NCBI GenBank assembly: GCA_934630445.1
Contig: CAKTWY010000018.1
Coordinates: 1-21,378 of the forward strand
Source of the DNA: an uncultured Eubacteriales bacterium
GTDB lineage: Bacteria; Bacillota; Clostridia; Oscillospirales; Butyricicoccaceae
Direction of reading: 5' to 3'
DNA length: 21,378 bases
Part shown: positions 1 through 7,092 of the stretch, piece after piece
Layout: each line of letters begins with the position of its first letter
How positions within the stretch are numbered: the first letter of the stretch is position 1
Made by a program: the position numbers and the translations under genes
Notes under the pieces: model-generated
What the model saw: the letters and a program-made list of their open reading frames with translations, nothing else
Database searches by the model: none
What the model was told of the DNA's origin: nothing

Positions 1-1
1 C

Positions 2-448
2 ACGGATCTGGCTTTTCCGCTTTTCTATGCCGCACCATGGCTGCTGGACGAGCAGCCGGCGGCGGTTACGGCGGTCTTTGCCGGCGTGCTGGGCGCAGCG
101 GGTGAGGACAACGGAGCGGCGGTGCTGCGCTTCCCCTCCGGCGCGGTGTGCGTGGGCGAGAGCTCGTACGTTTCGCATGCCTCACCCTTTGCGCTGGAGC
201 TGTACGGCGAGGGGGGAACCTTCCTTGCCGGCGGTGCGGACGGCAGCATGCGTATCGACTGCGGTCAAGGGTGGCAGGAGGCTGCGCCCGAACCGGCGCT
301 TCCGTCTCCGGAGGCGGACTGGGTGCGCGCTGTGCGCGAGGGGAACACGCCGCTGTTCGGCCTGAGCGCGGGGCTCGCGGCCGCGCGCATGATGGATGCG
401 GCGTACGCGTCCATGCGCGAAAAAAGGACCATTGAACTGATTGGGTAA
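2..448 (+). CDS. Gfo/Idh/MocA-family oxidoreductase, C-terminal part (5' end lies outside the window)
   Basis: The frame is open from the window edge, in the same frame as ORF 86..448, and ends at TAA 446-448. The translated C-terminal region (…AVLRFPSGAVCVGESSYVSHASPFALELYGEGGTFLAGG…MRID…) resembles the C-terminal alpha/beta domain of Gfo/Idh/MocA dehydrogenases. Recognised by eye only. Confidence 0.5.
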   Translation, partial: TDLAFPLFYAAPWLLDEQPAAVTAVFAGVLGAAGEDNGAAVLRFPSGAVCVGESSYVSHASPFALELYGEGGTFLAGGADGSMRIDCGQGWQEAAPEPALPSPEADWVRAVREGNTPLFGLSAGLAAARMMDAAYASMREKRTIELIG

Positions 449-490
449 AACGCCCCGGCTTACCGGGGGCAGGAAAGAAGGAGCATACTG

Positions 491-1510
491 ATGAAATTAG
501 GCATTGAGTTCAATCACGGCTTCCGCTTGGAAGGCGAGGGGCTGGAGGACATGCTCCTGCGCGCCAGGGCGATGGGCGCGCAGGGCGGGCAGTTTAAAAA
601 TCCGACCTACATCTCGCCGACGCTCGACTACGGCGAGCTGCACGCAGCGGCGGACACAGCGCGGGATCTCGGCATGTACCTTGTCGCGGGCCTTGGACGT
701 ATCAACCCCTACAACACCTCGGAAGCGCCGGAGTTTTGGGCACTCGGCGGCGGAAGCTACAAAAAGGGATGCGAGCGCATCATCGCCGCCTGCGCGGAGA
801 TGGGCAGCCATCATCTTGTCTCGCAGACTGCAGGCTGGCGCGGCTGGGCGCAGCCGTACAACACCGACCGCTTCCGTGAGGATGTGACTTGGCGTGAGCA
901 GCTCGAGGCGACGAAGCGCTTTCTGCGTTCCCTCGCGCCGGCGCTCAGGCATTATGGATCGACCATTGCGGTCGAGACGCATGAGGAGATCACCTCCTTT
1001 GAGGTGCTAGAGCTGATTGAAGACGTGGGCGACGACGTTGTGAGCGCAGCGCTCGACACCGCGAATGTCACCTCCCGCGGGGAGGACCCTGTCGCGGCGG
1101 CGCGCAGGCTTGGCCCTGCGATCCGCCAGCTCCACGCGAAGGACTGCCTGTTCCTGCGCAATGAGAAGGGCCTGGTGCGCAATATCCGCCCCGCAGGCGA
1201 CGGCGTGCTCGATTTTTCAGCCATCGCCGCCATTGTGGCGGAGAACAGCCCTGACGCGCTCTGGAATGTGGAAGATCATATGGGCGAGATGTTCATCGAA
1301 TATAAAGACGAGGCATGGCGCGCCGCGCATCCCGATCTGCAGATGGACGAGATCGCAGCGCTGGAGCGCATGGCCGATGCAAGCGCGCAAAAAATTGCGT
1401 CCGGCGCGATCACCGCACCGGACGTGTATGAAAAAATCCCGTATGAAATGATGTGCATCCCGCGCATTGAGCGCGCGCTGCACTATCTGCGCCCCATCGT
1501 GGCGCGCTGA
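491..1510 (+). CDS. sugar phosphate isomerase/epimerase (xylose-isomerase-like TIM-barrel family)
   Basis: 339-aa ORF with ATG at 491 and a GAAGGAG ribosome-binding site 5 bp upstream. The overall pattern (…LGIEF…, …IAVETHEE…, acidic and His residues spaced as in AP-endonuclease-2/xylose-isomerase-like TIM barrels) supports the family call. It is 43 bp downstream of the oxidoreductase gene on the same strand, so the two are probably co-transcribed. Confidence 0.65.
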   Translation: MKLGIEFNHGFRLEGEGLEDMLLRARAMGAQGGQFKNPTYISPTLDYGELHAAADTARDLGMYLVAGLGRINPYNTSEAPEFWALGGGSYKKGCERIIAACAEMGSHHLVSQTAGWRGWAQPYNTDRFREDVTWREQLEATKRFLRSLAPALRHYGSTIAVETHEEITSFEVLELIEDVGDDVVSAALDTANVTSRGEDPVAAARRLGPAIRQLHAKDCLFLRNEKGLVRNIRPAGDGVLDFSAIAAIVAENSPDALWNVEDHMGEMFIEYKDEAWRAAHPDLQMDEIAALERMADASAQKIASGAITAPDVYEKIPYEMMCIPRIERALHYLRPIVAR

Positions 1511-1520
1511 AGGCGGAGAG

Positions 1521-2528
1521 CTATGCCCTGCGCGTGCTTGCGCGCGCAGTGAGCACGGCCGGGAGCAGGACGTGTACCGGCGGTGAGGCAAGATTGCCGA
1601 TGCGCGCGAGCAGCAGCGACGCGGCATACGCGCCCATGTCGAACAGTGGGAGCGCCATCGTTGTGAGCGGCGGCGCGGTATGCTCGCATACGGCGCTGCC
1701 AGACAGGCCCATCACACCGAGCTGCCGTCCAACACACAGGCCTGCGCCCAGGGCCGCTTCCATTGCGGTGACAGCCATCAGGTCGCTTGTCAGAAAAAGC
1801 GCGTCCGGCCGATCCTCCCGCGCGAGAAGGCGCAGCACCGCCGCGCGGCAGTCGGCCTGCGCAAAGCGCCCGATGCGGACGACGCCGTCTGGCACAACAA
1901 GCCCGCCGCCGCTTTGCACCGTGTGAAGGAATGCCGTGAGGCACTGCTCTTCAAAGAGGTTCGGCTTTTCACCCATGCTGCCGTAGAGGAAGGCAAACCG
2001 GCGGTAGCCCTGCGCAAGCAGGTGCTCGGCCGCGCGCTTGCCGACGGCGTAGTGGTCGTAGCCGACGCTGTCGAGCGTGTCGAGGTGCGAGTCGATCGCG
2101 ACGATATGGCGCGCCGCCCGGCCCAGAAGCACCGCATCGTCGCCGGAAAGTTCGTGCATCATGAGAAAGCCGTCCAGCGGCGGGCAGTCCATACCTTCGA
2201 GCGCGGCGAGCGCATCGTTGGCTGCCTGAAAGCGCGTGATCGACGCGCCGCATTTTGAAAGCTCCGCCTGCGCGCCCTCCAGAATCGCCAGGAACGACGG
2301 ATCTCCCAGGCCCTCGACTGTGATATTGAGGATGGTTCCGATCACGGGCGCGGCCTTGGACGCGTGCCGGCTGCGCTTCAGCGGCAGATATCCAAGCGCA
2401 TTGATCGCGGCCCAGACGCGGCGGCGCGTTTCTTCCGTCACGGAAAAGCCGTCGTCCGCGTTGATAATGCGCGACACCGTCGCGGGGGAAACGCCCGCGC
2501 GGCGCGCAACATCTCTGATATTGGCCAT
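1521..2528 (-). CDS. LacI-family transcriptional regulator
   Basis: 335-aa ORF. The N-terminus MANIRDVARRAGVSPATVSRIIN is a canonical LacI/GalR helix-turn-helix, followed by a periplasmic-binding-protein-like sugar-binding fold. AGGAGG sits 7 nt upstream of the ATG at 2528 on the minus strand. Confidence 0.85.
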   Translation of the reverse strand: MANIRDVARRAGVSPATVSRIINADDGFSVTEETRRRVWAAINALGYLPLKRSRHASKAAPVIGTILNITVEGLGDPSFLAILEGAQAELSKCGASITRFQAANDALAALEGMDCPPLDGFLMMHELSGDDAVLLGRAARHIVAIDSHLDTLDSVGYDHYAVGKRAAEHLLAQGYRRFAFLYGSMGEKPNLFEEQCLTAFLHTVQSGGGLVVPDGVVRIGRFAQADCRAAVLRLLAREDRPDALFLTSDLMAVTAMEAALGAGLCVGRQLGVMGLSGSAVCEHTAPPLTTMALPLFDMGAYAASLLLARIGNLASPPVHVLLPAVLTARASTRRA

Positions 2529-2663
2529 GGCGGCGCCTCCTTAAACAGCACGCGCCCGCGTGCATCGTATTTTACGCACTAAAATTCCATGAAACCGGGG
2601 ATTCACTCCCCGGTTTCATACCCAGAGCCGCCGCGCTCGGCGGCAACCGACCCCTGTAAACCA

Positions 2664-2685
2664 AAACAAGTGCGAGCACTTGTTT
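2664..2685. promoter_or_regulatory. 22-bp palindrome AAACAAGTGC-GA-GCACTTGTTT: candidate LacI-family operator
   Basis: 10-bp perfect inverted arms around a 2-bp centre. It lies in the divergent intergenic region between the LacI gene and the amidohydrolase operon, 5 bp upstream of a TATTAT -10-like hexamer (2691-2696). Size and symmetry are typical of LacI/GalR operators. Confidence 0.5.
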
Positions 2686-2765
2686 GAATCTATTATACCG
2701 CCTGCCGCGAAAAGCCGCAAGCCCCGTTTCGGGGCGCGCTCCGGCGGGATGAAAGGAAGCTGAAC

Positions 2766-4169
2766 GTGGAAAAGCAATTGTTGTCAGGCGCATATCTCAT
2801 CTCCATGGATCCGGCCCGCTCGGTTCATAAAGGCTGGGGCGTTGTGATCGCGGACGATCGGATCGAAGAGACGGGGCCGGTGGAAAAGCTGCGGGAAAAA
2901 CACCCCGACGCCAGGGAGGAACATTTTGAAGACTGCCTGCTGCTGCCGGGCTTCATCGACTGCGGCGGTTTTGCAGGCATGCAGCTTTTCAAAGGCGCGG
3001 CGCAGACGAGCGCACGCCGGCGCGAGGTGATCGAGCGCTATTGGCGCACGGCGGACGATGCGCCGTGGGAGGAGGAGGGCGAGCTTTGCGGCGCGGCGCG
3101 ATTGCAGTGCGGCGTCACGACCGGGGCTGTGAATTTCCCCGGTGCGGGCGAAATGGATCAGCACGCGTACTTCCGCGGCATATCGCGCTATCTCGCCGGT
3201 TATAGCCGCACGGGCGCGCAGCCTGTCGCGGGCGTCGGCCTGGCGCAGGCGGAGGCCGCGCCTGCACTCGGGCAGTTCCTTGCCCTTCTGCGCGGGATGG
3301 ATCTTTCCGTGCGCGTCTATCTCGAGCGGCTGATCGTATCGAACAAGGGTTTTTCCCGCGCGACGGATGCAAACTTTTCCGGCCTGACGGAGGATGATCT
3401 GCGCACGTTTGCGGCGGCACGTGAACTTTCACAGCGCTATCTTTGCGGCGTGACGGCAAACGCCTTTGGCAATGACGTGGCCATCCTGATGCAGGCCGGC
3501 GAGACGCTCCGGGGCATAGGGGCGCTGCTGCAGCTGTGCACGGACATGAATTATGCGGAAGTGCGCCGTATCGCGGAAGATGGCGCGGCGGTCGCGCACA
3601 TGCCGCGCGAGACGATCCGCTACTGTCCGTTCTCCGAGTTTCTGGAGGCGGGTGCGACGTGTGCGGTCATGTCCGACGCGCCGTTCACCGGCGGAAGTTT
3701 CGATATGCTGCAGGCTGTTCGACGCGCGCAGATGATCGAGCAGCTGCGTTTTGATGATTTTTACTGTCTGCCCGCTGGGCGGCAGCTGGAACTCATTACC
3801 ATCGACGCTGCGCGCGCGCTGGGCCTGGAACGGAAAATCGGCTCGCTTGAAGCGGGCAAGCGGGCCGATCTCGTGCTCGTGCGCATGGATCTGCCGCGCA
3901 CTGTGCCGTATGAAGATATGCCCCTGCACCGATTGATGATCGACGCCAATGCCAGACAGATCACCCGCGTGTATGTCGCCGGCGCGTGCGCGGTGCTGGA
4001 TGGGCGGCCGCTGTACGGCGCGTATGCCTCGCTGCCGGAGCGCACGCAGGAAGCGGCGCTGCGTGCGCGCGCGGCATCGGGCATCGAGTCGCTCACGCCG
4101 CCGGATGCATACGGCAGCCCTTACTGCGGATATGCATACGGCAAAAGTACGGCAGAGGAGGCGAGATAA
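2766..4169 (+). CDS. amidohydrolase-superfamily protein (divergent; the canonical N-terminal HxH metal motif is replaced by DCGG)
   Basis: GTG start at 2766 with a GAAAGGAAG ribosome-binding site. The N-terminus (AYLISMDP…GVVIADDRIEE…LLLPGFIDCGG) follows the chlorohydrolase/deaminase-type amidohydrolase pattern but lacks the HxH. It retains VAHMP and SDAP motifs and the C-terminal GSLEAGKRADLVLV signature. Stop TAA 4167-4169. Confidence 0.7.
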   Translation: MEKQLLSGAYLISMDPARSVHKGWGVVIADDRIEETGPVEKLREKHPDAREEHFEDCLLLPGFIDCGGFAGMQLFKGAAQTSARRREVIERYWRTADDAPWEEEGELCGAARLQCGVTTGAVNFPGAGEMDQHAYFRGISRYLAGYSRTGAQPVAGVGLAQAEAAPALGQFLALLRGMDLSVRVYLERLIVSNKGFSRATDANFSGLTEDDLRTFAAARELSQRYLCGVTANAFGNDVAILMQAGETLRGIGALLQLCTDMNYAEVRRIAEDGAAVAHMPRETIRYCPFSEFLEAGATCAVMSDAPFTGGSFDMLQAVRRAQMIEQLRFDDFYCLPAGRQLELITIDAARALGLERKIGSLEAGKRADLVLVRMDLPRTVPYEDMPLHRLMIDANARQITRVYVAGACAVLDGRPLYGAYASLPERTQEAALRARAASGIESLTPPDAYGSPYCGYAYGKSTAEEAR

Positions 4170-4170
4170 G

Positions 4171-5619
4171 ATGGAAGACTTGATTTTGACAGGCGGAACC
4201 GTTGTCACGATGGACGGCGCGCACCGCGTCATCCCCGGCGGCGCAGTGGCGGTGAAGGACGGGCGCATCACCGCTGTCGGCACGGCGGAGCAGCTGGCGG
4301 CGCTCGACGCCGCGCGCGTTGTGCGCACGGAGGGGAAAATCGTCCTCCCGGGCCTCATCAACTGCCACTCGCACGCCGGCCACTGCATCGTCGGCAAGCT
4401 CGAAACGGACAGCATGTACCGCTGGTGGCCGATGCTGATCGAGGTGTATGAAAATTATGCGGACGCGGCCTTCTGGCATGCGGACGGAGCGCTGCACGCA
4501 TGCGCAGCGCTCAGGAACGGCATCACCACGTCCGTCAATGTCATGGGCAGCACCCCGATGGGCGACTGCCCTGAGATACCGGCCAGCCACGCCGCGGGCT
4601 ATGCCGGGGTCGGCGGGCGCGAAATCCTCGGCGTCGGCATCCCGCATGCGGAGACGTACCCCAAGACCTATACCCGCTGGAAGAATGGAAAGCGCGCAGC
4701 GCTCCGTGCCGGAGTCGACGATATGCTTGCCGGAACGGAGGAGGCGCTGAAAACCGTGCATAACGCGCACGGGGGCCTCACGCAGGTGTTCGTCACGCCG
4801 CATCAGCAGCTGATGGGGCACGAACCGGGGGAGAAAAATCCCGCGAACCTCACCAGGCTGACGCAGCTGGAACTGGATATCAACCGCAAGGTGCGCGCGC
4901 TGGCCAGAAAATACGCCACACAGGTGTATACCGACACTTATGGCGGCTGGGTGACGCTTGCCTATACGGACAAGGAGAATATGCTCCTGGGGGAGGACGT
5001 GCTCATTGGGATGGAGCATGTCGCCGCGACGGACTACCGCGAGGTGCAGATTATCGCCGAGACCGGCACCAAGGTCTATTACACGAGCGAGGGCCTTTAT
5101 AAGCGTGTGCCGGTCAGCGAGCTGATGGCGCTGGGCGTACCGGTATCGATCACGACGAACGGCTGCGCGCCGCGCACGACGCTCGACCTTCTGGAAGCGC
5201 TGCGCCGCGCCGTGCTTGCCGAGCGGATCTTTCACGACGATGCAGCGTATCTGCACGCGGCCAGGGCGCTCGCCTGCGTCACGACCGACGCGGCGCGCTG
5301 CATCGGCCGGGCGCACGACCTGGGGTCGCTGGAAGCGGGCAAGTGCGCGGATATCGCAGTCCTTGACGCGTCGCGCGCGGACATGCTGCCGCTGACAGAC
5401 CCGCTCTCGCGCATCGTGACGAACGCCGCGGGCGGCGACTTCTGCATGACGATCGTCGGCGGCAAAGTCGTCTTTGAAGACGGCACGATCCGCACGGTCG
5501 ATGAGCGCGATGTTCTGCGCGAGGCGGATGAAGTGCATGCGCGCATGGTGCGCGACCTGAAGCTGGAGGATTACGCCTGCAAGCCCATCTGGGGCAAGAC
5601 GCGCATGGAATTTATCTGA
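4171..5619 (+). CDS. amidohydrolase-superfamily protein (chlorohydrolase/deaminase-like; HxH present)
   Basis: ATG at 4171, one nucleotide after the upstream stop, with a GAGGAGG ribosome-binding site. Protein features are MEDLILTGGTVVTMDG…, GRITAVG, PGLINCHSHAGH (HxH) and a C-terminal GSLEAGKCADIAVLD. The annotated upstream extension of this ORF (3949..) overlaps the previous gene and is Arg-rich junk. Confidence 0.75.
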   Translation: MEDLILTGGTVVTMDGAHRVIPGGAVAVKDGRITAVGTAEQLAALDAARVVRTEGKIVLPGLINCHSHAGHCIVGKLETDSMYRWWPMLIEVYENYADAAFWHADGALHACAALRNGITTSVNVMGSTPMGDCPEIPASHAAGYAGVGGREILGVGIPHAETYPKTYTRWKNGKRAALRAGVDDMLAGTEEALKTVHNAHGGLTQVFVTPHQQLMGHEPGEKNPANLTRLTQLELDINRKVRALARKYATQVYTDTYGGWVTLAYTDKENMLLGEDVLIGMEHVAATDYREVQIIAETGTKVYYTSEGLYKRVPVSELMALGVPVSITTNGCAPRTTLDLLEALRRAVLAERIFHDDAAYLHAARALACVTTDAARCIGRAHDLGSLEAGKCADIAVLDASRADMLPLTDPLSRIVTNAAGGDFCMTIVGGKVVFEDGTIRTVDERDVLREADEVHARMVRDLKLEDYACKPIWGKTRMEFI

Positions 5620-6112
5620 GATTGACTGAGCAGCCGACACAGCTGTTCCTCTCGCGCGCCCGCGGCTGTGAAAACGTGCGGAAATATTCCGCGAGCAGGG
5701 CGATAAACTGGCTGTTTGTCGGCCGTTCATTCAAATCTGAATGTGTCAGTTCAGAGAACAGACCTTGCCCGCCAGTGAGCCAGATGCGCTCAATTGCGTG
5801 GCGCATTGCGCGTTCGATGTTGAAGGATGCAGTGTCGTGGCGCTTTGCAAGCGGCGGGTAGATATCCTTTGTAATGTTCACAGGCGCCGGACTGTGCTCG
5901 AGATACAGAGCGACGGCCTGGCAAAGATAGACGTATCCCTTCCGGTGCGGAGAGAGACCAAGTTGGGTCAGCACGGAGGCGATTTGCGCGTCCAGGGAAG
6001 AGTCGCACGCGTCAGGCGCGGCATCTTCCCAGGCGCGCTCTTTTTTATCCTGCAGGGTGATGGTCAGAATGGTGCCGTTGCCGATCTCCAGCTGAAATAT
6101 CTTGCCCTCCAT
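5612..6112 (-). CDS. Spo0A C-terminal (DNA-binding, 0A-box-binding) domain protein with no receiver domain
   Basis: 166-aa ORF. Residues about 55-166 (GYVYLCQAVALYLEH…ITKDIYPPLAKRHDTASFNIERAMRHAIERIW…ERPTNSQFIALLAEYF) align by eye with the B. subtilis Spo0A C-domain (GYLYLREAI…[32 protein letters not shown]…KPTNSEFIAMVADKL). The N-terminal 50 aa have no resemblance to a CheY-like receiver. GGAAGGGG ribosome-binding site 8 nt upstream of the ATG. Confidence 0.7.
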   Translation of the reverse strand: MEGKIFQLEIGNGTILTITLQDKKERAWEDAAPDACDSSLDAQIASVLTQLGLSPHRKGYVYLCQAVALYLEHSPAPVNITKDIYPPLAKRHDTASFNIERAMRHAIERIWLTGGQGLFSELTHSDLNERPTNSQFIALLAEYFRTFSQPRARERNSCVGCSVNLR

Positions 6113-6180
6113 GAGATTGCCCCTTCCAAAAATGGTAATAATTCTTCTGATTATTCCATTTTTTTGTAAAATATGTTATT

Positions 6181-6208
6181 ATTCTATCGGCAGCCGGGAA
6201 AAAGTCAA
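6181..6208 (-). promoter_or_regulatory. candidate sigma-A promoter for the Spo0A_C gene (-35 TTGACT, 16 bp, -10 TAGAAT on the minus strand)
   Basis: Plus-strand agtcaa (6203-6208) and attcta (6181-6186) give TTGACT-N16-TAGAAT on the minus strand, about 70 nt upstream of the start codon, in an AT-rich divergent region. Confidence 0.4.
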
Positions 6209-6219
6209 GCATTTCATTC

Positions 6220-6226
6220 TGTCGAA
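6220..6226. promoter_or_regulatory. perfect Spo0A '0A box' heptamer TGTCGAA
   Basis: Exact match to the 0A-box consensus (TGNCGAA), 12 bp upstream of the candidate -35 of the Spo0A_C-like gene and 36 bp upstream of the XRE regulator start. The same 7-mer also occurs once by chance inside the LacI coding sequence (1637-1643), so the motif alone is not statistically significant. Confidence 0.3.
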
Positions 6227-6261
6227 AATTTCCAAAATTGGAAGATTGGAAGGAAATGAAC

Positions 6262-6987
6262 ATGCTGTACAGAAAATTAAAGGTCATCATGCACGACAGG
6301 GGATACACTTATGACGATCTGGCCCGTTTAAGCGGTGTTCCGCTGGCAACGCTGACGAAGATCGGCAGCGGCGTAACGCGTAATCCCGGCTTTGAAACAA
6401 TGGAGCGCATCGCACGCACACTGCGCTGCTCGCTGGACGAGTTTTCCGAAGCGGAGCCGATGATCCCCTATGGCTACGAGAGCTATGTCAGCCGGGGCCT
6501 TCAGCTTCCTTCGAATATGAGGGAGTACATAAGATTTCTGATCGATATCGAATTCGACCGGATGACGTATCTGCGTTCGCATGACTATCTGGAGGTAAAA
6601 TGCTTTGAATTTACGACCTTTGCGCGCGGACGCGGGGAATACGCCAGCCGGATTATTACAAATGTTGCCGTTGAGAAAACGCCTGAGGCACGCTTATGCA
6701 CGTTTGGCATCCGTGTCAATACGGATCTGTGGCGGCCGAAGTTTTCCCGCGGCGCGCTCCTGGGGTTTCATTATGACGATACGTACAAGCCCAGACAGGG
6801 GGAGATATGGGCGATGCTCTGTAAGGGCATGGTCACGATTGGACGGTTTTACAGGCAGGATGATGGATTTATGCTGCGCGCCTTCCGCGATAAAGGAGGA
6901 GACGAGCAGTGGACTGCGCCGAACGAGGTCAAGGGCCTGGGAAAATTCATCGGCGTTCTGAAAGAATGGCATGGTGCGCCGGAATAG
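6262..6987 (+). CDS. XRE-family (Cro/C1 HTH_3) transcriptional regulator with an approximately 160-aa C-terminal domain of unknown function
   Basis: MLYRKLKVIMHDRGYTYDDLARLSGVPLATLTKIGSGVTRNP…ERIARTLRCSLDEF is a typical XRE helix-turn-helix. The ATG at 6262 has a GGAAGG ribosome-binding site 8 nt upstream; in-frame ATGs at 6238 and 6256 lack proper spacing. The C-terminal half has beta-rich character but no LexA-like Ser/Lys dyad recognisable by eye. Confidence 0.7.
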   Translation: MLYRKLKVIMHDRGYTYDDLARLSGVPLATLTKIGSGVTRNPGFETMERIARTLRCSLDEFSEAEPMIPYGYESYVSRGLQLPSNMREYIRFLIDIEFDRMTYLRSHDYLEVKCFEFTTFARGRGEYASRIITNVAVEKTPEARLCTFGIRVNTDLWRPKFSRGALLGFHYDDTYKPRQGEIWAMLCKGMVTIGRFYRQDDGFMLRAFRDKGGDEQWTAPNEVKGLGKFIGVLKEWHGAPE

Positions 6988-7036
6988 CACCGCACATTTC
7001 AATCGGTATTTTTCGCAAGTTTTTTATCAGTTGTTA

Positions 7037-7065
7037 TTGACATATGTCCATAATTCTGCTATTGT
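7037..7065 (+). promoter_or_regulatory. sigma-A-type promoter: -35 TTGACA, 17 bp, extended -10 TGcTATTGT
   Basis: Consensus TTGACA at 7037-7042, 17-bp spacer, a TG dinucleotide at 7057-7058 and TATTGT at 7060-7065. It sits 28 bp upstream of the DUF134 start codon. Confidence 0.5.
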
Positions 7066-7092
7066 GATGGCGTATCATAAAGGGGGAAAGAA

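Noticed and set aside
454-469. Small hairpin CCCCGG-CTTA-CCGGGG between the oxidoreductase and isomerase genes as a terminator
   Set aside because: It has only a 6-bp stem and no downstream T-run. The genes are 43 bp apart on the same strand with a ribosome-binding site immediately after, so it is more likely an intercistronic mRNA structure than a terminator.
1637-1643. Second TGTCGAA 0A-box heptamer
   Set aside because: It lies inside the LacI coding sequence (codons for …HVEQW… in the antisense orientation) with no promoter context. The 7-mer is expected about two or three times by chance in 21 kb on both strands. It is kept only as a caution about over-interpreting the 6220 box.
3949-4170. 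Upstream extension of the ORF-track entry 3949..5619 (MPDRSPACMSPARARCWMGG…), which would make amidohydrolase 2 a 556-aa protein
   Set aside because: The extension lies entirely inside amidohydrolase 1 in another frame and is Arg/Ala-rich low-complexity sequence typical of out-of-frame high-GC DNA. A proper ribosome-binding site plus ATG at 4171 starts the recognisable MEDLILTGGTVV amidohydrolase N-terminus.
4093-5730. Long antisense ORFs: 4093..5730(-) 545 aa, 9135..10256(-) 373 aa, 10512..11714(-) 400 aa, 3429..4415(-) 328 aa, 7422..8093(-) 223 aa and others
   Set aside because: All are Arg/Ala/Gly-rich with no recognisable domains and no ribosome-binding site. Each lies opposite a sense gene that has clear family signatures. 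Long spurious antisense frames are expected at this GC content.
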